Virus record (IMG/VR): IMGVR_UViG_3300042308_001600
Span: 62,001 to 121,077 of that record
Direction: 5' to 3' (one strand)
Source of the DNA: an uncultured virus (IMG/VR IMGVR_UViG_3300042308_001600)
Taxonomy: Duplodnaviria > Heunggongvirae > Uroviricota > Caudoviricetes
DNA: 59,077 bases
Shown here: piece after piece, positions 9,867-19,129 of the stretch
Layout: each line of letters opens with the position of its first letter
Numbering within the stretch: position 1 is the first letter of the stretch
The notes under the pieces: model-generated
The model's database searches: none
What the model was told of the DNA's origin: nothing
Seen by the model: the letters and a program-made list of their open reading frames with translations, nothing else
Program-made: the position numbers and the translations under genes

Positions 9867-10096
9867 ACCAGGGCACTACAGCACTTCTTGGCCTTCTGTC
9901 CAGAACCGCAACCACAAGGAGCGTTCCGGGGTTGGGCGCGTGTTTCACGTCGTATCTCTTCAAACATGCGGTCTGACTTCATGTCCAGCATCCGTGCAGC
10001 AAACGGCGACGCACCATGACGACGAAGAATCCAGCGGGCCACCAGGTTCCCCAACACGGGGTCCTCTTGTTCAAACGGGATTGGGATTGCTTCCAT
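9863..10096 (-). CDS. SEC-C motif protein
   Basis: C-terminal RNAPCGCGSGQKAKKCC matches the SEC-C zinc motif. Confidence 0.75.
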   Translation of the reverse strand: MEAIPIPFEQEDPVLGNLVARWILRRHGASPFAARMLDMKSDRMFEEIRRETRAQPRNAPCGCGSGQKAKKCCSALV

Positions 10097-10574
10097 GTTG
10101 TTTCCGGTACGCTCGGATGCGATCTACTTCTTTCACGATCTGCTGTGCCGCCTCATCTTGGCCACTCCGCGCCATGTCGATCATGATACCTGCTGGTAAG
10201 ATATTGGCCATGTAACACAGATGGTCAAAAGCCTTGAGGAGCAGATCCTCCAGACGCTGCACGCGTGGCGTTGGATCGACCAAGTACGTGGCCTCATCTG
10301 TCTGGAAGGTATCCAGGGTGTTACCCCTCACATCTTCAATCCAGTCCCAGAAGTCTCCACTTTCATCCTCATCATTGTACGCAGCAACGGCCGCCTCTTC
10401 CGACTCGTCCAGCAAGCGTGCTATTGCACGTGGAATACTCAACTCCTCCGTGAAGCATTCCACAGTCGTACCTCCTTTATGCGTATCCGCTGCCAGCAAG
10501 TACAACTTGGCAGTTCCATCCGGCTGCACCATCAACCTGGGCAGCTTCAAAGATTGATTTTCAGAAGGCTCCAT
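10071..10574 (-). CDS. hypothetical protein
   Basis: ORF 10071..10628 with likely ATG at 10574. Confidence 0.6.
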   Translation of the reverse strand: MEPSENQSLKLPRLMVQPDGTAKLYLLAADTHKGGTTVECFTEELSIPRAIARLLDESEEAAVAAYNDEDESGDFWDWIEDVRGNTLDTFQTDEATYLVDPTPRVQRLEDLLLKAFDHLCYMANILPAGIMIDMARSGQDEAAQQIVKEVDRIRAYRKQHGSNPNPV

Positions 10575-10785
10575 GCGGATGTGTTTCTCTGACGACGTCA
10601 GACCACCAGTCATCAATGTCCATGTCACCCAGAATGATAAAGCGACGCCTCATGTCCTCCCGCTCAGCCCTGCCCCCTGCGTCGTAGTTGTCCTTGTCGA
10701 ACACCTGCACCGTAAGCGGTACCGTCGAACGAACTGCCTGCACCAGACCCCCTTCGACAAAGATGATTACATCAGGTTGCTTCAC
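10561..10785 (-). CDS. hypothetical phage protein
   Basis: VIIFVEGGLVQAV..VQVFDKD, a pattern common in small phage proteins. Confidence 0.6.
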   Translation of the reverse strand: MKQPDVIIFVEGGLVQAVRSTVPLTVQVFDKDNYDAGGRAEREDMRRRFIILGDMDIDDWWSDVVRETHPHGAF

Positions 10786-11036
10786 GGCTTACCCTCCATG
10801 ATCCGGCAAGCTTCCCGGATACCGCGTACTCGCTGCTGTCCGGAAAGCACCTTGTTAAGCGCAGATGTGACTAGCTGCATTTGAGAATGCAGATACCGTG
10901 GCAGTTCGACATCATCTGTCCGCAGCAGTTTTAGTGCTTCCTTCAAGACTTCCTCGGCGCGCTCCAGCACCTCAATGGACTCACCCTTCACACGCGCAAA
11001 GGTTTGATTAAGTCGGATTTGCTGCCGGGGTGTCAT
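10782..11036 (-). CDS. hypothetical helical protein
   Basis: 84 aa, ATGA coupling. Confidence 0.55.
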   Translation of the reverse strand: MTPRQQIRLNQTFARVKGESIEVLERAEEVLKEALKLLRTDDVELPRYLHSQMQLVTSALNKVLSGQQRVRGIREACRIMEGKP

Positions 11037-11533
11037 ATGCTGCTTGCCTCCCAGGTGGCTGGAACCTTGTCACACAGCACGTGAGTGGGATCCGTGTCTT
11101 GGATAGGACGCCAGCGACTGCGCACAATGGGCAGCCCTATTTCGTCATACGTGCGACTGACGATCCTACCATCCTCGGCTCGAATGTACTGCAGGAGCCC
11201 CTGCTCTCCAAATTCATCGGCATGTGATCCCAGTAAAACGGCGTTACGCCGCACCAGACTGTCAGGCGCGCTCAGTAGAGCGGTGTTGCGCTGCACCAAA
11301 CTGTCGGCGATTGCGCGTTGACCTTCTGGAGAACGGTAAAACAGATCCACATAGGCGAGCTCAACACCGTCTACCCACAGTGACGCGCCGTAGCCTTCCC
11401 GTCGCAACTCCACTGTGCCTTTTGCCTCTGCGTGGTCAAATACCAACCTGGCTACTTCCTGCCCTGACACTGTCGTGGCTTCCGGTACTAATTGACCGCT
11501 GGGAATTTCTTCCGCTGCTGTGGGGGTGCCCAT
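11033..11533 (-). CDS. hypothetical protein
   Basis: 166 aa tiling ORF. Confidence 0.55.
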   Translation of the reverse strand: MGTPTAAEEIPSGQLVPEATTVSGQEVARLVFDHAEAKGTVELRREGYGASLWVDGVELAYVDLFYRSPEGQRAIADSLVQRNTALLSAPDSLVRRNAVLLGSHADEFGEQGLLQYIRAEDGRIVSRTYDEIGLPIVRSRWRPIQDTDPTHVLCDKVPATWEASSI

Positions 11534-11895
11534 CCTAAAAGTGAAAGCATGATAAAATCAACGAGGTCCTGCTTCGGGGACTCCAAGAAAGCCTCCTGTA
11601 GCTGCATACCTGTCAGCGACTTCTTGCTGTAGCAATTTACCAGCGTGGCTATGTTCCGTGATTTCTCCTTCACGGTGGCTGGCTTGCGGCGTCTGCGCTC
11701 CTCGTAATCACTGCTTGGTTCATCCAACAACAGGGGTTCACTGTCATGACTGGTCTCTTGTACCTGCAGGAGCTTGAGCTTCAAATCCGGGAGGCTGATG
11801 CCATGCTGCGTCACTTGGTCGGCGATGTTACCGTCCTGGAGTAACCACAAGATTAGGTCGGCAATGACGGCGAGTTCCGGAGGATCGAAGTGCAT
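11488..11895 (-). CDS. hypothetical protein
   Basis: Likely ATG at 11895, downstream of a terminator. Confidence 0.5.
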   Translation of the reverse strand: MHFDPPELAVIADLILWLLQDGNIADQVTQHGISLPDLKLKLLQVQETSHDSEPLLLDEPSSDYEERRRRKPATVKEKSRNIATLVNCYSKKSLTGMQLQEAFLESPKQDLVDFIMLSLLGWAPPQQRKKFPAVN

Positions 11896-11947
11896 GTGTA
11901 CTATATGATGCTTACATCTAAGCAGTACACAGCAAGACGCAATAGCT

Positions 11948-12008
11948 AAAATGATGGCGGGAACCGGCCCAGGGGTGTTACCCCCTGAGCCGGCCCACGC
12001 CGTGGTCA
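11948..12008 (-). terminator. intrinsic terminator
   Basis: Long GC-rich imperfect hairpin right after the stop at 12010, followed by TTTT on the minus strand. Confidence 0.65.
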
Positions 12009-12009
12009 C

Positions 12010-13317
12010 TTAAACAACTGCCATCTCGGCGGGTGTCGTTTCGGCCTCAGCTGGTGTTGCCTCGACCTCAGGCTCGATCTCGATCTCATCCGCAATCGGT
12101 GCGGACGAAATCACCTCAGGCTCGATCTCGATTTCATCCGCAATCGGTGCGGACGAAATCGCATTCTCCAGAATCGAGAAATCGTCGCCGACCTCTCCGT
12201 TCTGAACACCCATTGCAACGGCCACAGCGGCGGCCGCCTCAGCCTTTGCAGCGGCCAAGTCCTCCTTGGCCTGCTGCTGCTGATCCATCACGTCCTGCAG
12301 CCAGACCTTCCCCGACTTTGTCAGGTTGATCTGCTGAAGCAGGAAGAGCGGTAGCCCTGCCGCTCCTGCCCATTTCGCGAACTCTGGCGCTGCCTGGAGG
12401 ATCTCCTCCCGGCGTGCGAAAGTGTCCGTGAGGAACCGGCAGTCTTCCGCCAGGGGCGGAAGAGACGGCAGGGGCGTCAGCTGTGGACGCCCGTGGCGGT
12501 CGGGGTTGCGCGCCTGTTGGACGACCTCGGGTTTCTCCCGAGTACCGCCCTCCAGTTCAGGAACGGCCGACATGGCCGTCATACGACCGTTGCGGACCTC
12601 AATCCGCAACTTGAACGCCGTCGTACCACCCCAGCGGCTCAGCGGCACCCAGCGGGTGTTGCGCTGGATATCCGAGGTGTCCAGCGAGGGGCGCGGTGTC
12701 GCGGCCCCAAGCGGGATGAACGGACCTGCGATCTTGGGCAGGTTCGTCACGATGGCCTCGACGGCCTTGATCTTCTTGATCAAGTCCTCGAGATCCGCGC
12801 GGCTGACACCCACTTGGGTGCCGTCGTCATCCTCGAGGAGTTCCACCACGTCCCAGGCTGCCGGGAGGCCAGGTCCTGCTTTCTGGAGGAACTCCAGGGA
12901 CTGACGGAACAAGCAGTGCGGAACTGCATGTTCCCACACGGTCATGCCCAGCGACTTCTTGTCACGGGGCTTAATGATACGGTGCTGGTCGAGGAGATCG
13001 ATCGCCTCCTCGACTGACATGTCCTCCAGGAGGTTATCCCCCTGAAGGATTCCCGTGATGACCTGGCGACTGGCCAGCCATCCCTTCATGAGGCGCACCG
13101 TCGCCTCATCCACCTTCGCCGGTGCCGGCATCTGTTCCCCGATGACCTCCAACGTGAAATCGTTGGGGCCTGCGTAGCTGCTGGTCAAGCGGCAGCGCGG
13201 CGGTCTTGCCGCCGCGAGGTTCGCGAACTGCTCATTGCTCTCCAGGAGAGCGCCCATAGATGTGAGTCCTTGGGCGAACATGTTGGAGAGACTCATCTGT
13301 TTGCTTTTGTTCTGCAT
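12010..13317 (-). CDS. hypothetical protein with acidic C-terminal tail
   Basis: 435 aa; own promoter motif, leader and terminator. Confidence 0.8.
   Translation of the reverse strand: MQNKSKQMSLSNMFAQGLTSMGALLESNEQFANLAAARPPRCRLTSSYAGPNDFTLEVIGEQMPAPAKVDEATVRLMKGWLASRQVITGILQGDNLLEDMSVEEAIDLLDQHRIIKPRDKKSLGMTVWEHAVPHCLFRQSLEFLQKAGPGLPAAWDVVELLEDDDGTQVGVSRADLEDLIKKIKAVEAIVTNLPKIAGPFIPLGAATPRPSLDTSDIQRNTRWVPLSRWGGTTAFKLRIEVRNGRMTAMSAVPELEGGTREKPEVVQQARNPDRHGRPQLTPLPSLPPLAEDCRFLTDTFARREEILQAAPEFAKWAGAAGLPLFLLQQINLTKSGKVWLQDVMDQQQQAKEDLAAAKAEAAAAVAVAMGVQNGEVGDDFSILENAISSAPIADEIEIEPEVISSAPIADEIEIEPEVEATPAEAETTPAEMAVV
12065..12160. repeat. 48-bp tandem duplication
   Basis: Two near-identical copies encoding ISSAPIADEIEIEPEV. 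Confidence 0.9.
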
Positions 13318-13319
13318 GG

Positions 13320-13640
13320 TGTGGAACCGGATTTCGCCGGAACGATCCTGGTAGTAACTGCCAGGTCAGCGGTCGGGCCAGTTGGGCCCTGTGGGGGCGT
13401 ATGCCGCCCCATATTGATTCCCGCCCCTGTGGGGTCTCGTGAACACGAACCATCGTACAGGTCACCCATGACCTGTTTGATTTCCCCAAATGCATGACCC
13501 GATGAAGTCACTGCAAAGCCCGAAGCCGAACAAACCTGCGTGCTGGTAGCGAGCCAGTACGCAGGCGGGGACCCGAAGGTCCCCAGTTCGTGCCCTTTCG
13601 GGAGATGGGTGAGGCGCCACCAAGCGTAGCCGTCCTCAAA
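13320..13640 (-). ncRNA. candidate structured ncRNA or long structured leader
   Basis: About ten consecutive hairpins, including ggggacc-UUCG-ggucccc, ccc-GAAA-ggg and acagguca/ugaccugu. Confidence 0.5.
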
Positions 13641-13670
13641 TTTCTATAACGCGTTGGTGTGTGTTATTGC
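13637..13670 (-). promoter_or_regulatory. phage promoter-like motif, copy 1
   Basis: GCAATA-N13-CGTTATAGAAATTTG; same layout at 31362-31395. Confidence 0.6.
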
Positions 13671-14125
13671 ACACAAACTGTCTCGCGTATGCGTCGCGCC
13701 ACTTGACCCGGTTCCGGCTCGCCATTACCATACCCACTGCTCTCAAATAGCCGCCCCGTCAGCTGTAACGAATCCAGCTCGAACCATTCTCGCACCTGCT
13801 GCCACACCCGACACACCACCGGATTGAGGTCAAGGTTATGTGGTTGCAGTCCCTCCCCACACCATACCGCGGCTACCTTGCACACGGGGTAGATGGTCAA
13901 CTCCACTTTCCCTTCAGAGGATTCAGGCACGGCCACCCAACACCAGTTTTCAGGATCCAAGTCAGGAAGCCATCCCACCGGGCAAGCTCGGCTGTCCGGT
14001 GGGAGTTGGTTGATCAAGTGCGAACGCGGAGCCTGCGGTACGCGCACCCAGGCCTGCATGGTGAAACGCGACGGATCCAGACGATCAAGGTAATCAGCCA
14101 TCTGGAGTAGTCGCGCGACATGCAT
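13664..14125 (-). CDS. hypothetical phage protein
   Basis: RLLQMADYL..FTMQAW..ACPVGW..QVARRIR pattern. Confidence 0.65.
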   Translation of the reverse strand: MHVARLLQMADYLDRLDPSRFTMQAWVRVPQAPRSHLINQLPPDSRACPVGWLPDLDPENWCWVAVPESSEGKVELTIYPVCKVAAVWCGEGLQPHNLDLNPVVCRVWQQVREWFELDSLQLTGRLFESSGYGNGEPEPGQVARRIRETVCVQ

Positions 14126-14130
14126 AAGTA

Positions 14131-14499
14131 TCAGATGTCGTCCGTCAGTTGGTAGGCAGGGTGTGACGGTACTGTCACGACCGCATCGAGCTGGTCGAGC
14201 ATTTGTTTTTCACGTGGCGGTCTGATCGTGAAGCCCTGTTGCAGCAACTCCTCAACCACAACCCGGCCGAAGCTGCGGAAAATGAAGCGCAGGTTCTTGT
14301 CGTCGCGCCAGTGCAGCTCAGCTTGGTCCGCCTCGGCGCACGTCTCCCAAGACTTCAGGCTTATCACAGCCCCCAGCGGCCGTGAGTCTTTTGCGTCCAC
14401 CGGCTGCAGCAGCGCCTTGAAGAGCGCAAAGGCTGCCAGTTCTTTGGCTTCTAGCGGAAGCCCATCATAGGGCGTGGGTTTGCTGGGTGTTTCAGTCAT
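14131..14499 (-). CDS. hypothetical protein
   Basis: 122 aa tiling ORF. Confidence 0.6.
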   Translation of the reverse strand: MTETPSKPTPYDGLPLEAKELAAFALFKALLQPVDAKDSRPLGAVISLKSWETCAEADQAELHWRDDKNLRFIFRSFGRVVVEELLQQGFTIRPPREKQMLDQLDAVVTVPSHPAYQLTDDI

Positions 14500-14698
14500 G
14501 ATCTATGAGGCTGCTAAACAAATGCGCCCGATACCACCATAAAAGCGCTGCAACTGCAAGCACAATTCCAGACGTCATAAAAGCCACGGAGGGAGAAATC
14601 AAGGCAGCTGGTAATGGCAGAAGTACAGCACACCACAAAGCAATGCACAGCCCTCGACGGGCTTGAGCCAGACGCTTCAGAATTCGTTGCTCGTTCAT
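14492..14698 (-). CDS. small protein with two predicted TM helices
   Basis: Two hydrophobic helices. Confidence 0.6.
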   Translation of the reverse strand: MNEQRILKRLAQARRGLCIALWCAVLLPLPAALISPSVAFMTSGIVLAVAALLWWYRAHLFSSLIDHD

Positions 14699-15510
14699 TT
14701 TTTTCGTGAATAGCTGTACTGCACACCTTCTTCACGCAGCGTTTTGAGCGAGGCAGCAGCCTCTGTACCTGGGCGTTGTGGACCATGGATCAGCAGTGCA
14801 AAGGACCCACGCGGGTTGTAGGCATGGGAGTCATCATGGTCGATCTCCAGTTCCAACGCCTCGGCCACGTCGGGATGTTTTACAATCTGGGCTGTGACCC
14901 AGCCCGGGAGAATTAGGTCGTCGAACTTACCACCAAGGCTGGCCGTCAGAAAACAGTTCTTGGCCAGCGCCTTGTGCCTGTTGAGCCAGTTGCGCCAGAA
15001 CGGTATGGACTTCGTGTACGCGTAAAACTTTTGATATGGACGCGCCTGCGCCACCATTTGCCAGGCGTCAAAGTATGTCTGCGAAAAGAAGTCACCTCCG
15101 ATGTGTATCCGAATGATACCACCCACATCAGGCAGAGATCGCAAAATCAGATCCCGCATGTCTGTGGCTTTCTTGAGCCGACGGAGCAATGCGAAGTTGA
15201 AGCGCCTGGCTTCACGCAAGTTCTTGAACGCCACTTCCTGCGAGGCAGAAAAGCATCGTGTGTCCTGCTGCGGTCCGTCCACAAGCCGGTTAGTGTTGAA
15301 ATCCACCTTGGCCAAACAGGTGCAAGCTCCGGGGCATGTGTGGCCGGATGGCAGGGAAAACGTCAGGATGTGACTTCCCAGCTTGGCATTGTCACGACTG
15401 AACTTTAGCAGCGCACCTGTGGGCTGCTTCTGCAGCTGTTTCTGTTTCCAACGTCCCGCAGTGCTCTTGCGCGCACTGCCTGTAACTCTGTTATGTTTGA
15501 TAGCCGGCAT
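14695..15510 (-). CDS. Gp88-like phage protein
   Basis: FSLPSGHTCPGA..C, RIHIGGDFFS and FYAYTKS motifs. Confidence 0.65.
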   Translation of the reverse strand: MPAIKHNRVTGSARKSTAGRWKQKQLQKQPTGALLKFSRDNAKLGSHILTFSLPSGHTCPGACTCLAKVDFNTNRLVDGPQQDTRCFSASQEVAFKNLREARRFNFALLRRLKKATDMRDLILRSLPDVGGIIRIHIGGDFFSQTYFDAWQMVAQARPYQKFYAYTKSIPFWRNWLNRHKALAKNCFLTASLGGKFDDLILPGWVTAQIVKHPDVAEALELEIDHDDSHAYNPRGSFALLIHGPQRPGTEAAASLKTLREEGVQYSYSRKK

Positions 15511-15726
15511 GTTGGAGCCTCAGAAGCTGCCGCAAAGGCAGCCATGATGCGGACCACAACAAAACGCATTCCCCTGTTCTCAGGCGCCGACAAATGAGTG
15601 TCCTACAGCCGGTTTGGACCACTCCTGCCGCTAACCCTGGTGAAAGGCGTCGTACATTTTTCAACTCACCGTAACGATGAGCCGCCGTCAACCGGCGCAA
15701 TTCCATTTCGACTGGTGCGTGTTTGG

Positions 15727-16278
15727 TCACGCGACCACATCCTTGCGGTTGTCCACTTCGAAGCTGCACATATCCTTGAAGTCCTCCAGCAACCACAAGG
15801 GACAAAATGTGTGCGGGAATGAACCGCGGCCCAGCGCCACAAGTTTGTACTTGTGCGGTTGGTCTCTTTGCGCCCGCAGGCAGGATTTCAGGTACTCGAC
15901 CCAATCCTCTTCGTCCAAGGCTTTCGCCATTGGAACACCTGTGAAGTCCGACTGTGGTGGGAAGTGTATCGGTTTGATGAACTTCTCCCAGATGATGGGT
16001 GTGCGGCCCAGCGCCTCTGTCAGATTCGGCGCGCGTGTGAAAATGATCACATGCTGCAGATCAACACTGAAGGGATGGGGTAGAATCGGGATCACCGTCA
16101 CAAAGGGCCGATGCTCCGGATTACCGACAAGTACGTCCTCTGGACGCACACGTGCACTTGCATGGAGCCCTCGCACCTGCTGGTCAAAATCCGCCTGCCG
16201 GAACGCCACACCTCCAGTCGGAGATGGGGGTTCAGTAGGCTGGGGATTCGAACCGGAAATGATGATGTGAGGGTCCAT
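15727..16278 (-). CDS. hypothetical protein
   Basis: 183 aa ORF. Confidence 0.6.
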   Translation of the reverse strand: MDPHIIISGSNPQPTEPPSPTGGVAFRQADFDQQVRGLHASARVRPEDVLVGNPEHRPFVTVIPILPHPFSVDLQHVIIFTRAPNLTEALGRTPIIWEKFIKPIHFPPQSDFTGVPMAKALDEEDWVEYLKSCLRAQRDQPHKYKLVALGRGSFPHTFCPLWLLEDFKDMCSFEVDNRKDVVA

Positions 16279-16314
16279 GGCAAGTACGTCGTTAGAGGAG
16301 ATCAGTTCCTGTGC

Positions 16315-16881
16315 TTACTTACCAGGTGGTGGTGGCGGGGGTGGCGGTGGAAACTTGGAGAAGTCGATCTTGGGTGGAGCCTCCGCCGCAGCCGGTGGGG
16401 TTGCTGCAGGTTTGACCGCGGCAGCTTTCTTGGTCCTGGTCTGCTTCTCGGGCTTGTTTTCCGACTCCGCAGGTTTCTCGGGCTTGCTCTCGGGCGCTGC
16501 GGGTTTCTTGGCCCTTGGTGCCTTGGCTTCCGCCGTGGGTTTCTTTGTCTTGGGGGTCTTTGCGACGGCACGCGTTGCTGCTTTCGCGTCCACGCCTCCG
16601 CCGCTGATGAGTTCCTGCAGCCTTGCCGCGAGCTCCGGATTGGTGAGCAGCAGTGTGCACACATGTTTGACACCCTCATGCACGTCCTGACGCTTGCGCG
16701 CTGCGGTGCGTTGCATGACAGCCGACACAGCGGACGCTACTTTTGCTTCCACGGAATGCTTCGCAGCATGCGTTTCCGCAGCGGCCTTGTCAGTGAACTC
16801 CTGCCCACCGACGCGATAGACGACTTCGATACCGGCACTCGCAGATGCGGTGCCCCCTTTAGATGATGCTTTTTTAACCAT
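16315..16881 (-). CDS. basic Lys/Ala/Pro-rich (histone H1-like) protein
   Basis: K/A/P-rich low-complexity tail ending in a polyproline run. Confidence 0.6.
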   Translation of the reverse strand: MVKKASSKGGTASASAGIEVVYRVGGQEFTDKAAAETHAAKHSVEAKVASAVSAVMQRTAARKRQDVHEGVKHVCTLLLTNPELAARLQELISGGGVDAKAATRAVAKTPKTKKPTAEAKAPRAKKPAAPESKPEKPAESENKPEKQTRTKKAAAVKPAATPPAAAEAPPKIDFSKFPPPPPPPPPGK

Positions 16882-16922
16882 GATGTAGAACTGGCAAGAT
16901 AATCAACGACGGCAAGTACAAT

Positions 16923-17363
16923 CTAAACAGGATGTACTTTAACAACTAACCCGTACTTGTTCGCACGTGGGTGCCACAAGATTGCCTGCTCCTGCACGGT
17001 GCGCGCAGGCACCCATGCTCCGTTTTCCTGCTCAGGAAAAAACTGATAAACTGTGCTGTCAGGCTCACGCAACAAGTAAGAGGCGCGTGTACCGTCCGTG
17101 AACTCCAACCACCAACGATAGGACGTGGGGGGTGCTGTCACCCAACCTGCTAGACCCGAAAGTGCGATCTCTCGGATGCTGAGGTGCACACCGCCAGGCA
17201 ACACAATCGTGTCCGTGTGATCAATGTCTTCGGGACACTGCAGCACGGTTTTGCCGTCAGCGCCCAGCACGCACATAGACTCCTTGCTCGCGGTCCGGTA
17301 GTAATTGCGATGACCACCATTCGTGTCAATACACGCGAAACTGTACATTGTAGCCATCAGCAA
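16923..17363 (-). CDS. hypothetical protein
   Basis: 146 aa ORF downstream of the AT-rich intergenic region. Confidence 0.55.
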   Translation of the reverse strand: MLMATMYSFACIDTNGGHRNYYRTASKESMCVLGADGKTVLQCPEDIDHTDTIVLPGGVHLSIREIALSGLAGWVTAPPTSYRWWLEFTDGTRASYLLREPDSTVYQFFPEQENGAWVPARTVQEQAILWHPRANKYGLVVKVHPV

Positions 17364-17588
17364 ATTGAGTGTTGTAAAGCACTGTGTAGCAATAACTTAA
17401 AACGCTGAACAACATTTTAAGCGCACCATTTCTGGTGAAACCTAAAACGCAGCTAAATAATTGATAATCAATACTTAGCATACATGTATCACGCTGAACA
17501 GTTTGTTCAACTTATTCCAAAACACGTTCAGGAAATTGCCCATTTCGCACATTCTTCAGTGTATTATACTGGATACTCTTATAACCAT
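17364..17588. promoter_or_regulatory. AT-rich intergenic region with palindrome and minus-strand TATAAT
   Basis: Near-palindrome CTAAATAATTGATAATCAATACTTAG at 17453-17478; TATAAT at 17568-17563. Confidence 0.45.
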
Positions 17589-18011
17589 CTACATCAAAAA
17601 CCAAGGCGTTGTCTTTCCAAAGTCTGTGTGCAGCATTGCCTCGAACTTCTCAAGTTCCCTGGCCTCTATCTCGCGCTGCAACTTTGTTGACGTGTCCCCC
17701 AACAGCCATTTACGCCGCAAGATCGCCAGCGCCAGCGAGGCGTCGTAGGCTACTGCGGGTTGGCCTCGATCCCAGACCAATCCAATGATCGCGTCATTGA
17801 GGAACTCCAACACAATGCAGCGTGCCTGCACCACGATCTGCCAAAAAGCAGCACGTGTGAAGTCGTCCTCTGGTCCTGCCCAATACCAGGCCACGTCCGA
17901 ACGAAAGTCCTGGGTGGTCCGCATCAACTCCCCCGCTCGATGCCATTCTGCATCAATCGCTCTCGCCCGGTTTATCGCGGCGAGCCGTAGCTGCTTCGTT
18001 GCTGAATCCAT
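17589..18011 (-). CDS. hypothetical protein
   Basis: 140 aa ORF. Confidence 0.55.
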   Translation of the reverse strand: MDSATKQLRLAAINRARAIDAEWHRAGELMRTTQDFRSDVAWYWAGPEDDFTRAAFWQIVVQARCIVLEFLNDAIIGLVWDRGQPAVAYDASLALAILRRKWLLGDTSTKLQREIEARELEKFEAMLHTDFGKTTPWFLM

Positions 18012-18567
18012 CAGGGTAACGTTTCTTGAGAAGTTTATGACTGTTCTGATCTAGCAACTCGGCCATGCTGCAGGATGCAAGTCCCTGAATACAGATCAAT
18101 GTGGATCTGATGTTGGTGATTAACCTGTCCCGTATTTCTTGGCGATCATAGTAGGCCAGGCGTTTGAGGTCTCCCACAACCTCATGTGCACACGCCGGGA
18201 ATGTCATTGCAAACATGGTGCCGTCATCGGTTGGTGGGCAGATATCATCGAGGCACAAGTCAAGGCCACGTACGATCACAGCCAAGTACCAGCAGATATC
18301 CCCAAGTTCCTCGTTGCGGTTTTCCTCATCCGGAGCGCAGGCGTATTCATACAACTCCGTGGCCAGTCCGTGGGCGCCGTGCTTGAGATCCTCGACACGC
18401 CTGACATTTGCCAGATCCCACACCACCATTGCAGGGTCTTGACCAGGTTGAATAACTCCCCATTGCGTTAGCAGTTTTCCGACATCCGGCGTCGTCCTGT
18501 AGGCGTTGACGCTGTAATCATGCCAGAGTTCTGGCGTAAGCCTGTTGTGTTTTGAGTAGAATTCCAT
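17953..18567 (-). CDS. MazG-like nucleotide pyrophosphohydrolase
   Basis: HGAHGLATE, EELGDICWYLA and KLLKKRYPDGFS motifs. Confidence 0.8.
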   Translation of the reverse strand: MEFYSKHNRLTPELWHDYSVNAYRTTPDVGKLLTQWGVIQPGQDPAMVVWDLANVRRVEDLKHGAHGLATELYEYACAPDEENRNEELGDICWYLAVIVRGLDLCLDDICPPTDDGTMFAMTFPACAHEVVGDLKRLAYYDRQEIRDRLITNIRSTLICIQGLASCSMAELLDQNSHKLLKKRYPDGFSNEAATARRDKPGESD

Positions 18568-18574
18568 GTGTGTT

Positions 18575-19129
18575 TTAAGCGGTTGGTACGATTGAACTAA
18601 ACTTTCCAGGGACAAGTTTGAAAGACGCCCCGTAACGCTTTAACGGCCAGTTGGCCCGTAGCCAACGCTCCGCTTGTTCATCCGGTGTGTACACCTTTGC
18701 GGCGGTGGCGCGTTTGCCTGCCTTCATTGCTGGTTCTTCAACCACGACAGTCTCGAGTACCTCCACGTTGCGCAGCATGAGCGTCGCGTCTGGCTGCAAC
18801 TGCAGATTGGGGTTCTCGGGTGGCATACCCGCAGCAGATTTCTGCTGCTCCTCAAAGGCGGCCTGCCGCTGCTGTAACGTGCCCAGCAATCGCGTCGCGG
18901 CAGCCTGCATGACCGCCGGGGCTGGACACTCAGCCTTCTGCTCTGTTTCCTCCGCGACTCGCTGTAACATGGCGATAGTCTGGTTGATCAGAGACGGATA
19001 GAAATGCGCGGGATGCACCTGCAGCCGATAATTCGCAACTTTGCCGTCGCTACTCCGATAGTTGGTCAACCATACCTGCCCAAGACTTTCTTGGGCGCGT
19101 GAGATAATATCAGCAATGCTGGGTGTCAT
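18575..19129 (-). CDS. hypothetical protein
   Basis: 184 aa tiling ORF. Confidence 0.65.
   Translation of the reverse strand: MTPSIADIISRAQESLGQVWLTNYRSSDGKVANYRLQVHPAHFYPSLINQTIAMLQRVAEETEQKAECPAPAVMQAAATRLLGTLQQRQAAFEEQQKSAAGMPPENPNLQLQPDATLMLRNVEVLETVVVEEPAMKAGKRATAAKVYTPDEQAERWLRANWPLKRYGASFKLVPGKFSSIVPTA

Noticed and set aside
16235..16262. tRNA T-loop-like GGTTCGAATCC on the minus strand
   Set aside because: Flanks do not form a T-stem or cloverleaf, and it lies inside a CDS
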